Below are positions 1-9,600 of a stretch of 64,000 nucleotides of DNA, piece by piece. Both the position numbers and the translations under genes were made by a program. The notes under the pieces were generated by a model. That model did no database searches. It was not told where the DNA came from and saw nothing but the letters and a program-made list of their open reading frames with translations. This DNA comes from a virus, in the IMG/VR virus record IMGVR_UViG_3300020198_000887, positions 64,001-128,000 of that record; one strand, 5' to 3'. Numbering within the stretch: position 1 is the first letter of the stretch; the number at the start of each line of letters is the position of its first letter.

Positions 1-222
1 ATTGGATTTGTCGAGCAAACTGGGTTTCCCGATGAACATCTTTTTAAAAGTTTTTCGCGTGCTATGTATCATAAAAAGCATAATATTACAATTACATTGT
101 ATCAATCAAAATATAAAAATGCGATTGATGTTGCATATAAAATTATGATGAAAACTGAAACAACTGGAGATACGGCAATGGCAATTTTTGTATCTGCAAT
201 TGCCGTATTAATAGCCAACTAA
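1..222 (+). CDS. hypothetical protein, 5'-truncated by window edge
   Basis: Frame 1 is open from base 1 (IGFVEQTGFPDEHLF...SAIAVLIAN) to TAA at 220-222; the next gene follows with AAAGG RBS. Confidence 0.6.
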   Translation: MGFVEQTGFPDEHLFKSFSRAMYHKKHNITITLYQSKYKNAIDVAYKIMMKTETTGDTAMAIFVSAIAVLIAN

Positions 223-238
223 TTTAAAGGTATAACCA

Positions 239-457
239 ATGGAATGGTTTAAAAATATACCTAAAGATGGTATTTTATGTAAATGCAAATCTAACAAATA
301 TAGCGAACAATATAAAATCGACGTAATTACTAGATATAATGAACACCAGTTGTCTGACTATAAATTTAGAAATAATGTCAAGCATTACCAAGATGCAATC
401 CCAGTATCGTTGACTGAAGTTATGAATATGATTTATTTGGAGAGTTTACATGAGTGA
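239..457 (+). CDS. hypothetical protein (72 aa)
   Basis: ORF with upstream AAAGGT RBS; end overlaps the next start. Confidence 0.65.
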   Translation: MEWFKNIPKDGILCKCKSNKYSEQYKIDVITRYNEHQLSDYKFRNNVKHYQDAIPVSLTEVMNMIYLESLHE

Positions 458-920
458 AATTTATGCTAAACCTATCGTCACTGATAAATTATGGATCATA
501 GAAAAAAATGGCGAGAAAGTTGGCACCCTTCAAAAACAAGAAAACAATAAATTCATGTTTTGCAATCACGGTGCCAGTGTATGGTTTAGTAAGCAAGATG
601 AACTTAATCAATTCTTTGGAAATGATTTTTTTCTGTTCAACGATAAATTAAATATTAAACCATCTACCATATATGAATGCAATGGATTTTTAACAAAATC
701 CATTGCATATAATGCAATGTATGATATACGAAAAAAACTCTCATTGTATACAAAACAGCCACATAGTACGTGTTTTCATTGTGCTGGGTGGTTCCTGGTC
801 AAATTTAAAAATTGGGTTATTTTAGATTGTCCAAAACTAGTCACCGTTGAAAAATACGAAAGTCATGGGCCATTTTATTCAAAAAAAGACGCGAGTAACT
901 TTAAATGCACCATCAAATAA
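450..920 (+). CDS. conserved phage hypothetical protein (156 aa)
   Basis: GGAGAG RBS, operon-like overlap, phage-like codon usage. Confidence 0.75.
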   Translation: MSEIYAKPIVTDKLWIIEKNGEKVGTLQKQENNKFMFCNHGASVWFSKQDELNQFFGNDFFLFNDKLNIKPSTIYECNGFLTKSIAYNAMYDIRKKLSLYTKQPHSTCFHCAGWFLVKFKNWVILDCPKLVTVEKYESHGPFYSKKDASNFKCTIK

Positions 921-1153
921 ATCTTTCACCAGTAACACAGTTTATACAACTACTGCGAGCCGCAGAACTTGGTCAACAAAAAGAAGTTAAATTGTCAATA
1001 CAACAGGCAAGGTTATTAAATCTAGCATTAACCGAAATGCTAGATAAAATAAATAAAGATTTTGAAACAATGCTGAACGAGTTTAAAAAATCATCAGACA
1101 CCGAAGTTATTTCTGTATCAATGGATGGTGGTGAATTCGGGGACAGCAAATAA
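905..1153 (+). CDS. hypothetical protein (82 aa), helical with acidic C-terminal 'VSMDGGEF'
   Basis: Overlapping ORF in the + strand gene string. Confidence 0.7.
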   Translation: MHHQINLSPVTQFIQLLRAAELGQQKEVKLSIQQARLLNLALTEMLDKINKDFETMLNEFKKSSDTEVISVSMDGGEFGDSK

Positions 1154-1155
1154 GC

Positions 1156-1161
1156 TAAATA
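1156..1161 (+). promoter_or_regulatory. putative gp55-dependent late promoter box TAAATA
   Basis: TAAATA 21 nt upstream of ATG 1183, the same spacing as the other copies in the window. Confidence 0.5.
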
Positions 1162-1182
1162 CATGTAGTTAATGGAGATTGT

Positions 1183-1467
1183 ATGGCCAGACCAAAACCA
1201 CATGTATTATTAGAAAGTATTAATAAAAAATCATACAACATTGTCCAAGTATTAGCGGCAGATGCAATTTGGGCAGTTTTTTACAAAAATGAAGCATTTA
1301 ATTTAAAAAGTTTCAATACGTTAGTAAGTCGTCCGGGTCCAAAATATAAAAAAACAAGTTTTTCAAACCCAGGTCATGCATACAACTTGGCTGAAAAATT
1401 GAATCACCAATTCAAGTGCAACGATTTTACGGTTGTAAAACTTATGGCTGGTACTGTAATGCGATGA
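1183..1467 (+). CDS. conserved phage hypothetical protein (94 aa)
   Basis: GGAGA RBS; MARPKP...YKKTSFSNPGHAYNLAEKLN. Confidence 0.8.
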   Translation: MARPKPHVLLESINKKSYNIVQVLAADAIWAVFYKNEAFNLKSFNTLVSRPGPKYKKTSFSNPGHAYNLAEKLNHQFKCNDFTVVKLMAGTVMR

Positions 1468-1844
1468 TCGAACGGGACACATTAACAAAAATATTTTTAA
1501 CGCAATGGAACGTTAGTACTGATGATGTCAATGTTCGGTTTTACTCCAGAAAATGGTGGGTTACTAATCGTGCAACCTCATATAGATTAACCAATGATGG
1601 TCATGAGTTTTTAACAAAAATACTCGAGGTCAAAGCATATACCATCCCATTTACAGAAAGTATTGACAAGAGTCCACAAACGTTGGTATACTTATCTCGA
1701 TTTATTGATTCACCGTTTTATTTAACAAATCAAAGTATTACGGTTTTTTCTGAAATGAAGAGTTTTGAATTACATTTATTTTCTGATGACATTAGAAAAT
1801 ATGGTATGATAAAAGCTCTTAATGCTAGAAATAAAAATAATTGA
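1464..1844 (+). CDS. hypothetical protein (126 aa)
   Basis: Start moved to ATG 1464, which forms an ATGA overlap with the previous stop. Confidence 0.7.
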   Translation: MIERDTLTKIFLTQWNVSTDDVNVRFYSRKWWVTNRATSYRLTNDGHEFLTKILEVKAYTIPFTESIDKSPQTLVYLSRFIDSPFYLTNQSITVFSEMKSFELHLFSDDIRKYGMIKALNARNKNN

Positions 1845-1869
1845 CAGTCACACAAAAACTATATATAAT
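1841..1869 (+). promoter_or_regulatory. consensus sigma70 (early) promoter for the AAA+ ATPase
   Basis: TTGACA (1841-1846) -17 nt- TATAAT (1864-1869). Confidence 0.85.
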
Positions 1870-1916
1870 ATACCCGTAATTAACCATTTTTACCACAATC
1901 AAACGAGAAATATACA

Positions 1917-2999
1917 ATGAGTGATATTCGTAAAGCAGGGCCAAACAGCGCAAAAAAAGCCATAATCAAGGCGTTGAAAGTAAAACAACCAATCTTTTTG
2001 TGGGGACCCCCTGGAATCGGTAAATCAGATCTTATTAAACAAATTGGCGATGAAGGGACCAATGATTTAGTAATCGACGTGCGTCTTTCATTGTGGGATC
2101 CTACTGATATCAAAGGTGTTCCGTTCTATGACGAATCATCTGGCACTATGAAATGGGCTCCACCCGCTGAATTACCGGGTATGAAAACAGCAGAACAATA
2201 TGAACGTATTATTTTATTCTTGGATGAAATGAATTCTGCATCACCTAGTGTGCAAGCGGCAGCATATCAACTAGTGCTGAATCGCAAAGTTGGTACCTAC
2301 ATCTTGCCAGATAATGTTGTTCTTGTTGCCGCTGGTAATCGTGATGGCGATAAAGGTGTTACATATCGCATGCCAGCACCACTGAAAAATCGGTTTATTC
2401 ACTTGGAAATGGAATCAAAATTTGATGACTGGTTTATTTGGGCAACCGAAAATAAAATTAACAAAGATGTTGTTGGATTCTTGAACTGGTCTAAGGGTGA
2501 TTTGTACAACTTTGATCCAAAATCAAGCTCTAATGCATTTGCAACACCACGTTCATGGTCGTTTGTTAGTAATTTGCTGACTGAAAATGATTGCGACGAC
2601 GAAACATTGATGAATTTGATGGCTGGTTCTGTTGGCGAAGGGACTGCATTGAAATTTGGTGCTTATCAAAAATTATCAGGAAAACTGCCTAACCCAAGTG
2701 ATATTTTAAAAGGCAAGGTTACTACACTAGATAATAAAGAAATCTCTGCAATGTATTCACTAACAGTTGGGTTGTGCTATGAATTAAAAGATGGTGCTGA
2801 CCGGAAAGATGCTGATTGGAACAAGCAAGTTAACTTCTTTTTCCAATTTATGATGGACAACTTTGAAACTGAATTGGTTATCATGGGTACAAAAATAGCA
2901 TTGACTACGTACAGACTTCCATTCGATGTTGACCAAATTAATTGCTTTATGGATTTTCATAAAAAATATGGGAAATACATTGCAGCAGCAACTTCATAA
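1917..2999 (+). CDS. MoxR-like AAA+ ATPase (AAA_5 type)
   Basis: Walker A GPPGIGKS, Walker B ILFLDE, sensor-1 AAGN, Arg finger 'LKNRF', 'TPRSW' motif. Confidence 0.92.
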   Translation: MSDIRKAGPNSAKKAIIKALKVKQPIFLWGPPGIGKSDLIKQIGDEGTNDLVIDVRLSLWDPTDIKGVPFYDESSGTMKWAPPAELPGMKTAEQYERIILFLDEMNSASPSVQAAAYQLVLNRKVGTYILPDNVVLVAAGNRDGDKGVTYRMPAPLKNRFIHLEMESKFDDWFIWATENKINKDVVGFLNWSKGDLYNFDPKSSSNAFATPRSWSFVSNLLTENDCDDETLMNLMAGSVGEGTALKFGAYQKLSGKLPNPSDILKGKVTTLDNKEISAMYSLTVGLCYELKDGADRKDADWNKQVNFFFQFMMDNFETELVIMGTKIALTTYRLPFDVDQINCFMDFHKKYGKYIAAATS

Positions 3000-3005
3000 T
3001 TGTGT

Positions 3006-3032
3006 GTTAGAACACGGAACCCGTGTTCTAAC
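3006..3032. repeat. perfect 12-bp inverted repeat (hairpin or terminator-like)
   Basis: GTTAGAACACGG-AAC-CCGTGTTCTAAC immediately after the ATPase stop; no U-tract. Confidence 0.75.
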
Positions 3033-3093
3033 GTAATAAGAACCATCATGTATGGGAGTATACAGAAATGATGCTTCCATTTATCTTTCTATG

Positions 3094-3122
3094 TTGCCGC
3101 CGAATTAACATTTTGCTATAAT
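3094..3122 (+). promoter_or_regulatory. sigma70 promoter (extended -10) for the peptidase/VWA gene
   Basis: TTGCCG -17 nt- TATAAT, with TGc directly before the -10. Confidence 0.7.
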
Positions 3123-3148
3123 ATAGTTTTTACATACCAGGAAATAAA

Positions 3149-4348
3149 ATGTCAAACGACCCAGTATTAGATAAAGTCATTGATAACATTGTTATCGCTC
3201 GAGTTGGATTATTGTTAAAACATCCATTTTTTGGGAATTTGGCAACCCGATTAATTATCAAAGAAGGTGGTGAGTGGTGCAAAACTGCCGCCACTGAAGG
3301 AAGACATATTTTCTTTAATAAAGAATTTTTTGCACCACTTACTATTGCACAAATTCAATTTGTTCTGGCACATGAAATCCTCCATAATGCATTTGACCAC
3401 ATGGGGAGACGCGAATCCCGTATACCAAAAATCTTCAATTGGGCAGCAGATTATTGTGTAAACGGGCAAATCATTCGTGATAATATTGGTGACTACCAAA
3501 TACCGGGTATTAATATATTGCATGACACACAATATTATGGAATGGGTGCTGAAGAAATATATGACATTTTAAAAGAGCATAATGATGACATGCTTGATCA
3601 ATTAGGGGACTTGTTAGACCAACACTTTGATTGGGAGTCCAGTACTGATGATCCCGATGATGGTCGGCCACGGTATTCACAAGAAGAACTGCGGAGCATC
3701 AGGGATGAAGTCCGCGAAGCCGTAATGACCGCAGCACAAGCTGCGGGTGCTGGAAATACCCCAGGGTTAGTCCAACGATTAATTCAGGCATTAACAGAAC
3801 CAAAAATGAATTGGCGTGAAATTCTCCAACAACAAATCCAAAGTACTATCAAAGACGATTTTAGTTGGATGAAACCAAACAAAAAATCTTGGCATTTATC
3901 GGCTGTCCTCCCAGGGCAAAATCTGTTAGATACCATTGATATTGTTGTCGCAATAGATATGTCTGGTTCTATCGGTGATGCTCAAGCAAAAGACTTTTTA
4001 AGTGAAATTAAAGGTATTATGCAACAATATCAAAATTTCAATATCAAAGTATTCTGTTTTGATACCCAAGTATACAACGAAGCTGACTACGATGGATTTA
4101 ACATCGACGACTTTGACCAATACCAACCGATGGGGGGTGGTGGCACCAATTTCGATGTTAACTGGGGGTATATGAAAGAACACGACATCGTTCCTAAATT
4201 ATTCGTTATGTTCACTGATATGTATCCATGTGGTTCATGGGGTGATGAAAATTATTGTCCAACTTTGTTTGTGGCACATGGTACTACCACCATAGAAGCA
4301 CCGTTTGGCACTACTGTATATTACGAATTTTCAGATTCAGTTGTATAA
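3149..4348 (+). CDS. HEXXH metallopeptidase-like + VWA domain protein (DUF2201-type), partner of the MoxR ATPase
   Basis: TAATEG, HEILH zinc motif, 'AADYCVN', MIDAS DMSGS, GGGGT, FTD. Confidence 0.9.
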   Translation: MSNDPVLDKVIDNIVIARVGLLLKHPFFGNLATRLIIKEGGEWCKTAATEGRHIFFNKEFFAPLTIAQIQFVLAHEILHNAFDHMGRRESRIPKIFNWAADYCVNGQIIRDNIGDYQIPGINILHDTQYYGMGAEEIYDILKEHNDDMLDQLGDLLDQHFDWESSTDDPDDGRPRYSQEELRSIRDEVREAVMTAAQAAGAGNTPGLVQRLIQALTEPKMNWREILQQQIQSTIKDDFSWMKPNKKSWHLSAVLPGQNLLDTIDIVVAIDMSGSIGDAQAKDFLSEIKGIMQQYQNFNIKVFCFDTQVYNEADYDGFNIDDFDQYQPMGGGGTNFDVNWGYMKEHDIVPKLFVMFTDMYPCGSWGDENYCPTLFVAHGTTTIEAPFGTTVYYEFSDSVV

Positions 4349-4635
4349 TGGCGATTAAAAACGGTCACCCAAATCCATTAAATTTTTTTGAAATGCGGAG
4401 AGTGAATTTTGCACCACCGCATTTCAATTATTTTATTATTAACAAATATAACCCATCACAAATTATTCTGTTAAATGAATGGATTTATTATAATTTAAAT
4501 GGGCGATATTATATCGGTCAAGGAATAATGCTTGACAATACAAATACCATCGTGTATAATACACGTATTGGATTTGAAAGTGAAAAAGAAATTACCTTTT
4601 TCACAATTGCTTGTCCTCATTTAAATATGAGATAA
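4348..4635 (+). CDS. conserved hypothetical protein (95 aa)
   Basis: Start moved to ATG 4348 (TAATG overlap); 'NPLNFF...GRYY...IGFE' pattern. Confidence 0.7.
   Translation: MAIKNGHPNPLNFFEMRRVNFAPPHFNYFIINKYNPSQIILLNEWIYYNLNGRYYIGQGIMLDNTNTIVYNTRIGFESEKEITFFTIACPHLNMR
4532..4560 (+). promoter_or_regulatory. consensus sigma70 promoter embedded in a CDS
   Basis: TTGACA (4532-4537) -17 nt- TATAAT (4555-4560). Confidence 0.75.
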
Positions 4636-4670
4636 GTAATAATATAATTTAACGTTATAAGGAGATAACA

Positions 4671-4895
4671 ATGTCAGATACACAAGAAAATACAACACAA
4701 GAGCAAGTTCAACAAGAATCAGCAGACCTTACGATCAATGATTTAAATTCATTAAAAACTATTATTGATATTTCTAGTACACGTGGTGCATTCAAAGCAA
4801 ATGAATTGGAAGCAGTGGGTAAAGTTTATAACAAATTGTCAACCTTCCTAGAGCAAGTTGCTAAACAAGCAGAAGCCAATGCTGGAGCAAACTAA
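4671..4895 (+). CDS. conserved phage hypothetical protein (74 aa)
   Basis: Strong AAGGAGA RBS; 'IIDISSTRGAFKANELEAVGKVYNKL' motif. Confidence 0.8.
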   Translation: MSDTQENTTQEQVQQESADLTINDLNSLKTIIDISSTRGAFKANELEAVGKVYNKLSTFLEQVAKQAEANAGAN

Positions 4896-5527
4896 TGAAC
4901 GCATTAAAACACGTTGGTCGGGTAATTGGTACCGGTAAACGGTGCCTTGTCGCGTATCGTACACTTCCGGGGGATGCGTATAGTTGCTTAATCATACCAA
5001 CTGAAAGCCTACCTGATAGCTATCATGATGCGATAATCAACCTGGTCGAAAGCAATGCTGGACAAACTGCACATGAATTTGCAGAAGCACTGGACCGCAC
5101 CCAATTCCCAGATGGGAGTCGAATGCTTCCTGCGCTACATGCGCAAGGCAGGCTAATTAAAATGTTGACAAACCAAATAGAAATGGTTCCAACCAACGCG
5201 ACTGCTATTTTATTAGCAGAACTAAATCAAATTATTGCTGATAATATGGGTATACCAGTTGATGAACTTTCTATCAAATCTGATACAAACAACAACTCGG
5301 AAACACCAGAACAATCCGTTGATAAAGACCCTACCGTCCAAGTAGATTCCCCAAATGTGGACAACTCCAACACTACAACGGCAAGTGTAGACCCGGTTAT
5401 GGACCCCACCGGTGCGGCAAAATTTTATCGCTCACAAGCTGATAAATTAGCGAAAGAAGCAGCCCAATTTAGAAGACTGGCGGAAGAACTGGTACCTACT
5501 GTTAAAAAATCAAAAGCATCAGTATGA
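4895..5527 (+). CDS. hypothetical protein (210 aa), folded N-terminus with low-complexity linker
   Basis: TAATG overlap, GGAG RBS. Confidence 0.8.
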   Translation: MNALKHVGRVIGTGKRCLVAYRTLPGDAYSCLIIPTESLPDSYHDAIINLVESNAGQTAHEFAEALDRTQFPDGSRMLPALHAQGRLIKMLTNQIEMVPTNATAILLAELNQIIADNMGIPVDELSIKSDTNNNSETPEQSVDKDPTVQVDSPNVDNSNTTTASVDPVMDPTGAAKFYRSQADKLAKEAAQFRRLAEELVPTVKKSKASV

Positions 5528-5844
5528 AAAATTTCGGGATACAATTACCCGACGAAGTCATTGATGTATGGCCTGCAATTTTTGGCGAGGTAACGCTCAA
5601 TGTGTTACCCGTCAACTATGTAGATGCAGTAGTAATAACCTTCATAGACGGCAGGACTTGGGAAATAGAAATAGCATCGGAATATAATCGCGTCAAAATA
5701 AAAGCATTTCAAGAAGGATTAGCTGAAATTTTTTCATCATACAACGAATACATTGAAACGGTTGATGTAAAACTTGACACAACTAAAATAAGAAAAACCG
5801 TTGAAAAATCTATTAAACGGATGTTACAGAGAATAAAATTATGA
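5524..5844 (+). CDS. hypothetical protein (106 aa)
   Basis: ATGA overlaps at both ends. Confidence 0.75.
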   Translation: MKNFGIQLPDEVIDVWPAIFGEVTLNVLPVNYVDAVVITFIDGRTWEIEIASEYNRVKIKAFQEGLAEIFSSYNEYIETVDVKLDTTKIRKTVEKSIKRMLQRIKL

Positions 5845-6563
5845 CAGTAAAACTAGTATCATATTCACAACCAACAGATGAATTTAAAACAGATGGAATT
5901 GTAAATGCGCAAGATTTAATTGCGTTCTGCGCTAGAGTCAGCAATCCAACAAATCAGTTCAATACAGAAACAAGTGAAAAATTAATAAAATACTTAATTA
6001 ACCATTCACACTGGTCACCGTTGGAAATGGTGAATGCATGCTTAGAAATAAACACAACACGTGATATTGCTAGACAAATATTGCGCCATCGAAGCTTTAG
6101 TTTCCAAGAATTTAGTCAACGGTATGCAGATCCAATACAAGAATTTAATTTTTTAACACGGGATGCTAGATTTCAAGATACCGCCAATAGACAAAACTCA
6201 ATTGAGTTGGATTTATCTAATCCTGAACATCGTGAACTATCCCAACTATGGGTTGAAAAACAACAAAATGTTATTAAAGCAGCGCACGATGCATATCAGT
6301 GGGCTATTTCAAATGACATTGCAAAAGAACAAGCAAGAGCTGTTCTTCCAGAAGGATTAACAGAGAGTCGGTTATATATGAATGGCACTATTCGTTCGTG
6401 GATCCATTTTATTCAAATTAGAACCGATATTACTACACAAAAAGAAAATAGGGAAATCGCATTAGCTTGCGCAAAAGCAATCGCCGCAATTTTTCCATTG
6501 ACTGAAGAGTTTGTGTATAAAAACCAGAACCCCCGCTCCCGCCTGCAAACACTATCAACATAG
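5841..6563 (+). CDS. thyX: FAD-dependent thymidylate synthase
   Basis: ThyX signature RHRSFSFQEFSQRY, 'HWSPLE', 'KEQARAVLP'. Confidence 0.96.
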   Translation: MTVKLVSYSQPTDEFKTDGIVNAQDLIAFCARVSNPTNQFNTETSEKLIKYLINHSHWSPLEMVNACLEINTTRDIARQILRHRSFSFQEFSQRYADPIQEFNFLTRDARFQDTANRQNSIELDLSNPEHRELSQLWVEKQQNVIKAAHDAYQWAISNDIAKEQARAVLPEGLTESRLYMNGTIRSWIHFIQIRTDITTQKENREIALACAKAIAAIFPLTEEFVYKNQNPRSRLQTLST

Positions 6564-6617
6564 CAGTTGAAACACCAACTAAAAAATCTTTTTTAGTGTC
6601 TTCAAACGAAAATAATG

Positions 6618-6649
6618 AAAAATGGCAGGGATTGTCCCTGCCATTTTTT
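6618..6649. terminator. bidirectional intrinsic terminator between convergent thyX and fibre genes
   Basis: AAAAATGGCAGGGA-TTG-TCCCTGCCATTTTT, a 14-bp perfect stem with A/T tracts on both sides. Confidence 0.9.
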
Positions 6650-9600
6650 ACCACCCACCTCCTCTATTTATGGCTGGACTATATCGGATACGAACGTCTG
6701 CTTGCCCACCGGCACCACCAGCACCAGCGGCAACGGAAGTTGACTTGATGGCGCCACCACCGCCACCACCCGCACCAGGTGTTCCGCCGTGACCTCCATT
6801 AAGAGCCGTTCCGCTACCTCCTGCCCCGCCTACGGATATAGCAGTGGAAGCACCGGTTCCACCTGGTGCTGTCGTCGTATTACTATATACACCACTGAGA
6901 CCATTATTACCGACGGTAGTCGTAACAGTGGCGGACGTATTTACCACCGAGTCGAAGAATCCGTTGCCGCCTGTGCCGCCCGTCCCAGTAGTGTTCGAGC
7001 TTGTCGACCCTCCGGCGTTACCACCAGATGCAAAGATGTCGAGCATAGGGCCCTCGGGGGTCCACACCGATGCCGACCCCCCCGCATTAAGATATGCGTT
7101 TGCACGGCTACTCAGATACGAAGGAGATAATGTTCCATCGACTCTTAAGTCGGCAGACGCAACTCCTCCGGCACCACCGCCACCACCAGATCTAGCGTAA
7201 GTAGATGACCTCCACCCGCCGCTCCCTGCGCCGCCGCCGCCATAAGCATCAATAAGAACCCGCATAATACCTTGAGGAATATTCCATGTTTGGACACTGC
7301 CATACGAAAAGCCTGGTAATGATGATATAAACAGATCACCACTTGGTGGGGTTGCTACAGTAAATGTGCGTGTTATGGATATTCCTGTAAATGTAAATAC
7401 CGCGGAATAGGAGCCAGCATCGTCCGTTTTAAAGGGCGAGTTGGTATTCCGATAATCACCCCCATCAACAGTTAGGGTATACGGACCAAAGACACTACTT
7501 ACACTACTAACTGGATGTATATATGAAACAGTGTATGTCGCATTAGCCAATCCAGAAGTCACCGTCCAGGATAGCGCGTTGCCAACGTGTAATGTTGTTT
7601 GGGATAACGTTACCACTGGGACCGGGGCAGTGACCGTTAATGTTTTCGTAATAACAGCAACAGCCGTTCCATTCGATTTTTTAAATGTAAAAGTAATAGT
7701 GTTTGACCCAATTGCACTTTGGGGGAGTCCTCCAGTAGTCCAAGACCCCGACCCCGTTGCACCAATGCTTATAGGGGACGACACACCACCAGCAGTATTG
7801 TTGATAATCGTGTTGTCATATGACACCGTTCCATTGCTAGGAGCGCTCGCAAATGATATAGTTATTTGATTACCAGCTTGTGCGGAACTCGGCATGGTAA
7901 TAGTTGGTGTTCCATAAACATCTACCAGATTAACTGTGTTGGAACTAGCAAGCGTGGTCGTTCTTGCACTATCAGAATAGATAGTATACTTAACTGTTTC
8001 AGTAGATTCAGATAAATAATCGGCAGCCGCAATAATAGTTAATGCTAATTTTGGGGAATCTTGCTGACTCATAATAAATGACCCAGACATAGCAGCTGTC
8101 CCGGTATCGAAATCTGCGGCAGTTGCCGTCCCAGTTTGTGACCAATAAATCGTTTTATTAACTGGCAAATTTTCAGTAGTTAATGTAAGAGAAAAGGAAT
8201 CTCCTTCATTAATACTAGTATTTGGATAAAGTGATAATGAATAAAATGGTTCAGCATCTGTTGTTACAATATTGCCGCTATATACTGTTGATGTATACAC
8301 AACACCATTAATAGTGGCTGAACTTACTGCAGTCCCACGCCAACTCCGTGATCCAGCATAGCTTGCATTAGCCGCCCACGTTTTTGAAATACTCCCGGTA
8401 CCACCCGTCAAAGTAATAGTGGTTGGCATACCGCCGACAAAATCGGTACTCGACGGCACATAAGTTCCCCCGGAAATAGATGTTGCATTTAATGACGTCG
8501 ATGATTGTGTATTATTCGCACCAGGCGCAGAAAATTCAAACTGTACAGATTGTCCTTCTTTAATAGATGTTGTATTCGCAAGCAATGTTGGCAGAACTGA
8601 TGTTATCGATTGGGATGTTTGTGGTATAGTTACATTATTATAATGTGGGTCAGTTGATGCAAATGCATATGTCACTGTTGCAGTATGCGTACCTAGTTCA
8701 CTAAAATACACGCTTTCAGTAGTCCAGGATCCAGCCGAATCAAGCGAGGCAGTGCCTTTTGTGTCGACAATTCCAGATGGGCGTGTTACCTTCAACGTCG
8801 CCGACCCCAATGATGGGCCATTTGTAACTGTCAGATTAAACATGAATGGTGCTTGGGTAACAGTTGATGGCACAGAGACAGATGGGGTTGGTACTATATT
8901 ATTATAAACAGTCACCGTCGCAGGGGATACCGCTAACCTATTAACTGAGTTAGTTCTATCGGATGCACTCGAATATAATTCTATATTATATGGGGATGCA
9001 TAAGTTGTATACACTGCAGTACTCGAATTTGAAACAGTAATTGTATTTGTTCCACTAGCACCAATCGTAACTGTCCCACTAGTAACCGAAACCAACGATG
9101 ATGGTATGGTACCAGTTAACTTCCAATACAACGTACCCCCCGCATAATTAGCAGTCGTTACCGTATGCGAATAAGAATTATTTTGATATAATGATTGAGC
9201 AGTAGTTGGACCAACGTCAAATGTTGGTATAGGCGTGGTCGAAGTATCCGATATCGCAACGACTGAATTGGTAACAGTAACATTCGGCAATGCAATTGTT
9301 CTTGCGCTATCTTTAAACAGTGCGATAGACAATGTTTCTGCACCTTCAGTCAATAAATCAGCTTTAGCACGTAGTTGTGGTATGTTAGTTTGTGTACCAC
9401 CTGCTGCCAGTGTAATAGAGCCATTTGGTGGGGATGTTTCAGGCGGATTACCAGATGCTGAATATACATATATATCCGCAGTATTACCAGCTGTACCCTG
9501 GGCTTCCCAATAAATAGTTGTACTAGTCGTGATATTACTACCAGCAACATATATTGATATTGTATACTGCCCTTCACTTATTATACCTGGTATACTAGGA

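Noticed and set aside
6648-7330. Diversity-generating retroelement variable region at the fibre tip
   Set aside because: No reverse transcriptase or template-repeat copy with A-specific mismatches seen in the window
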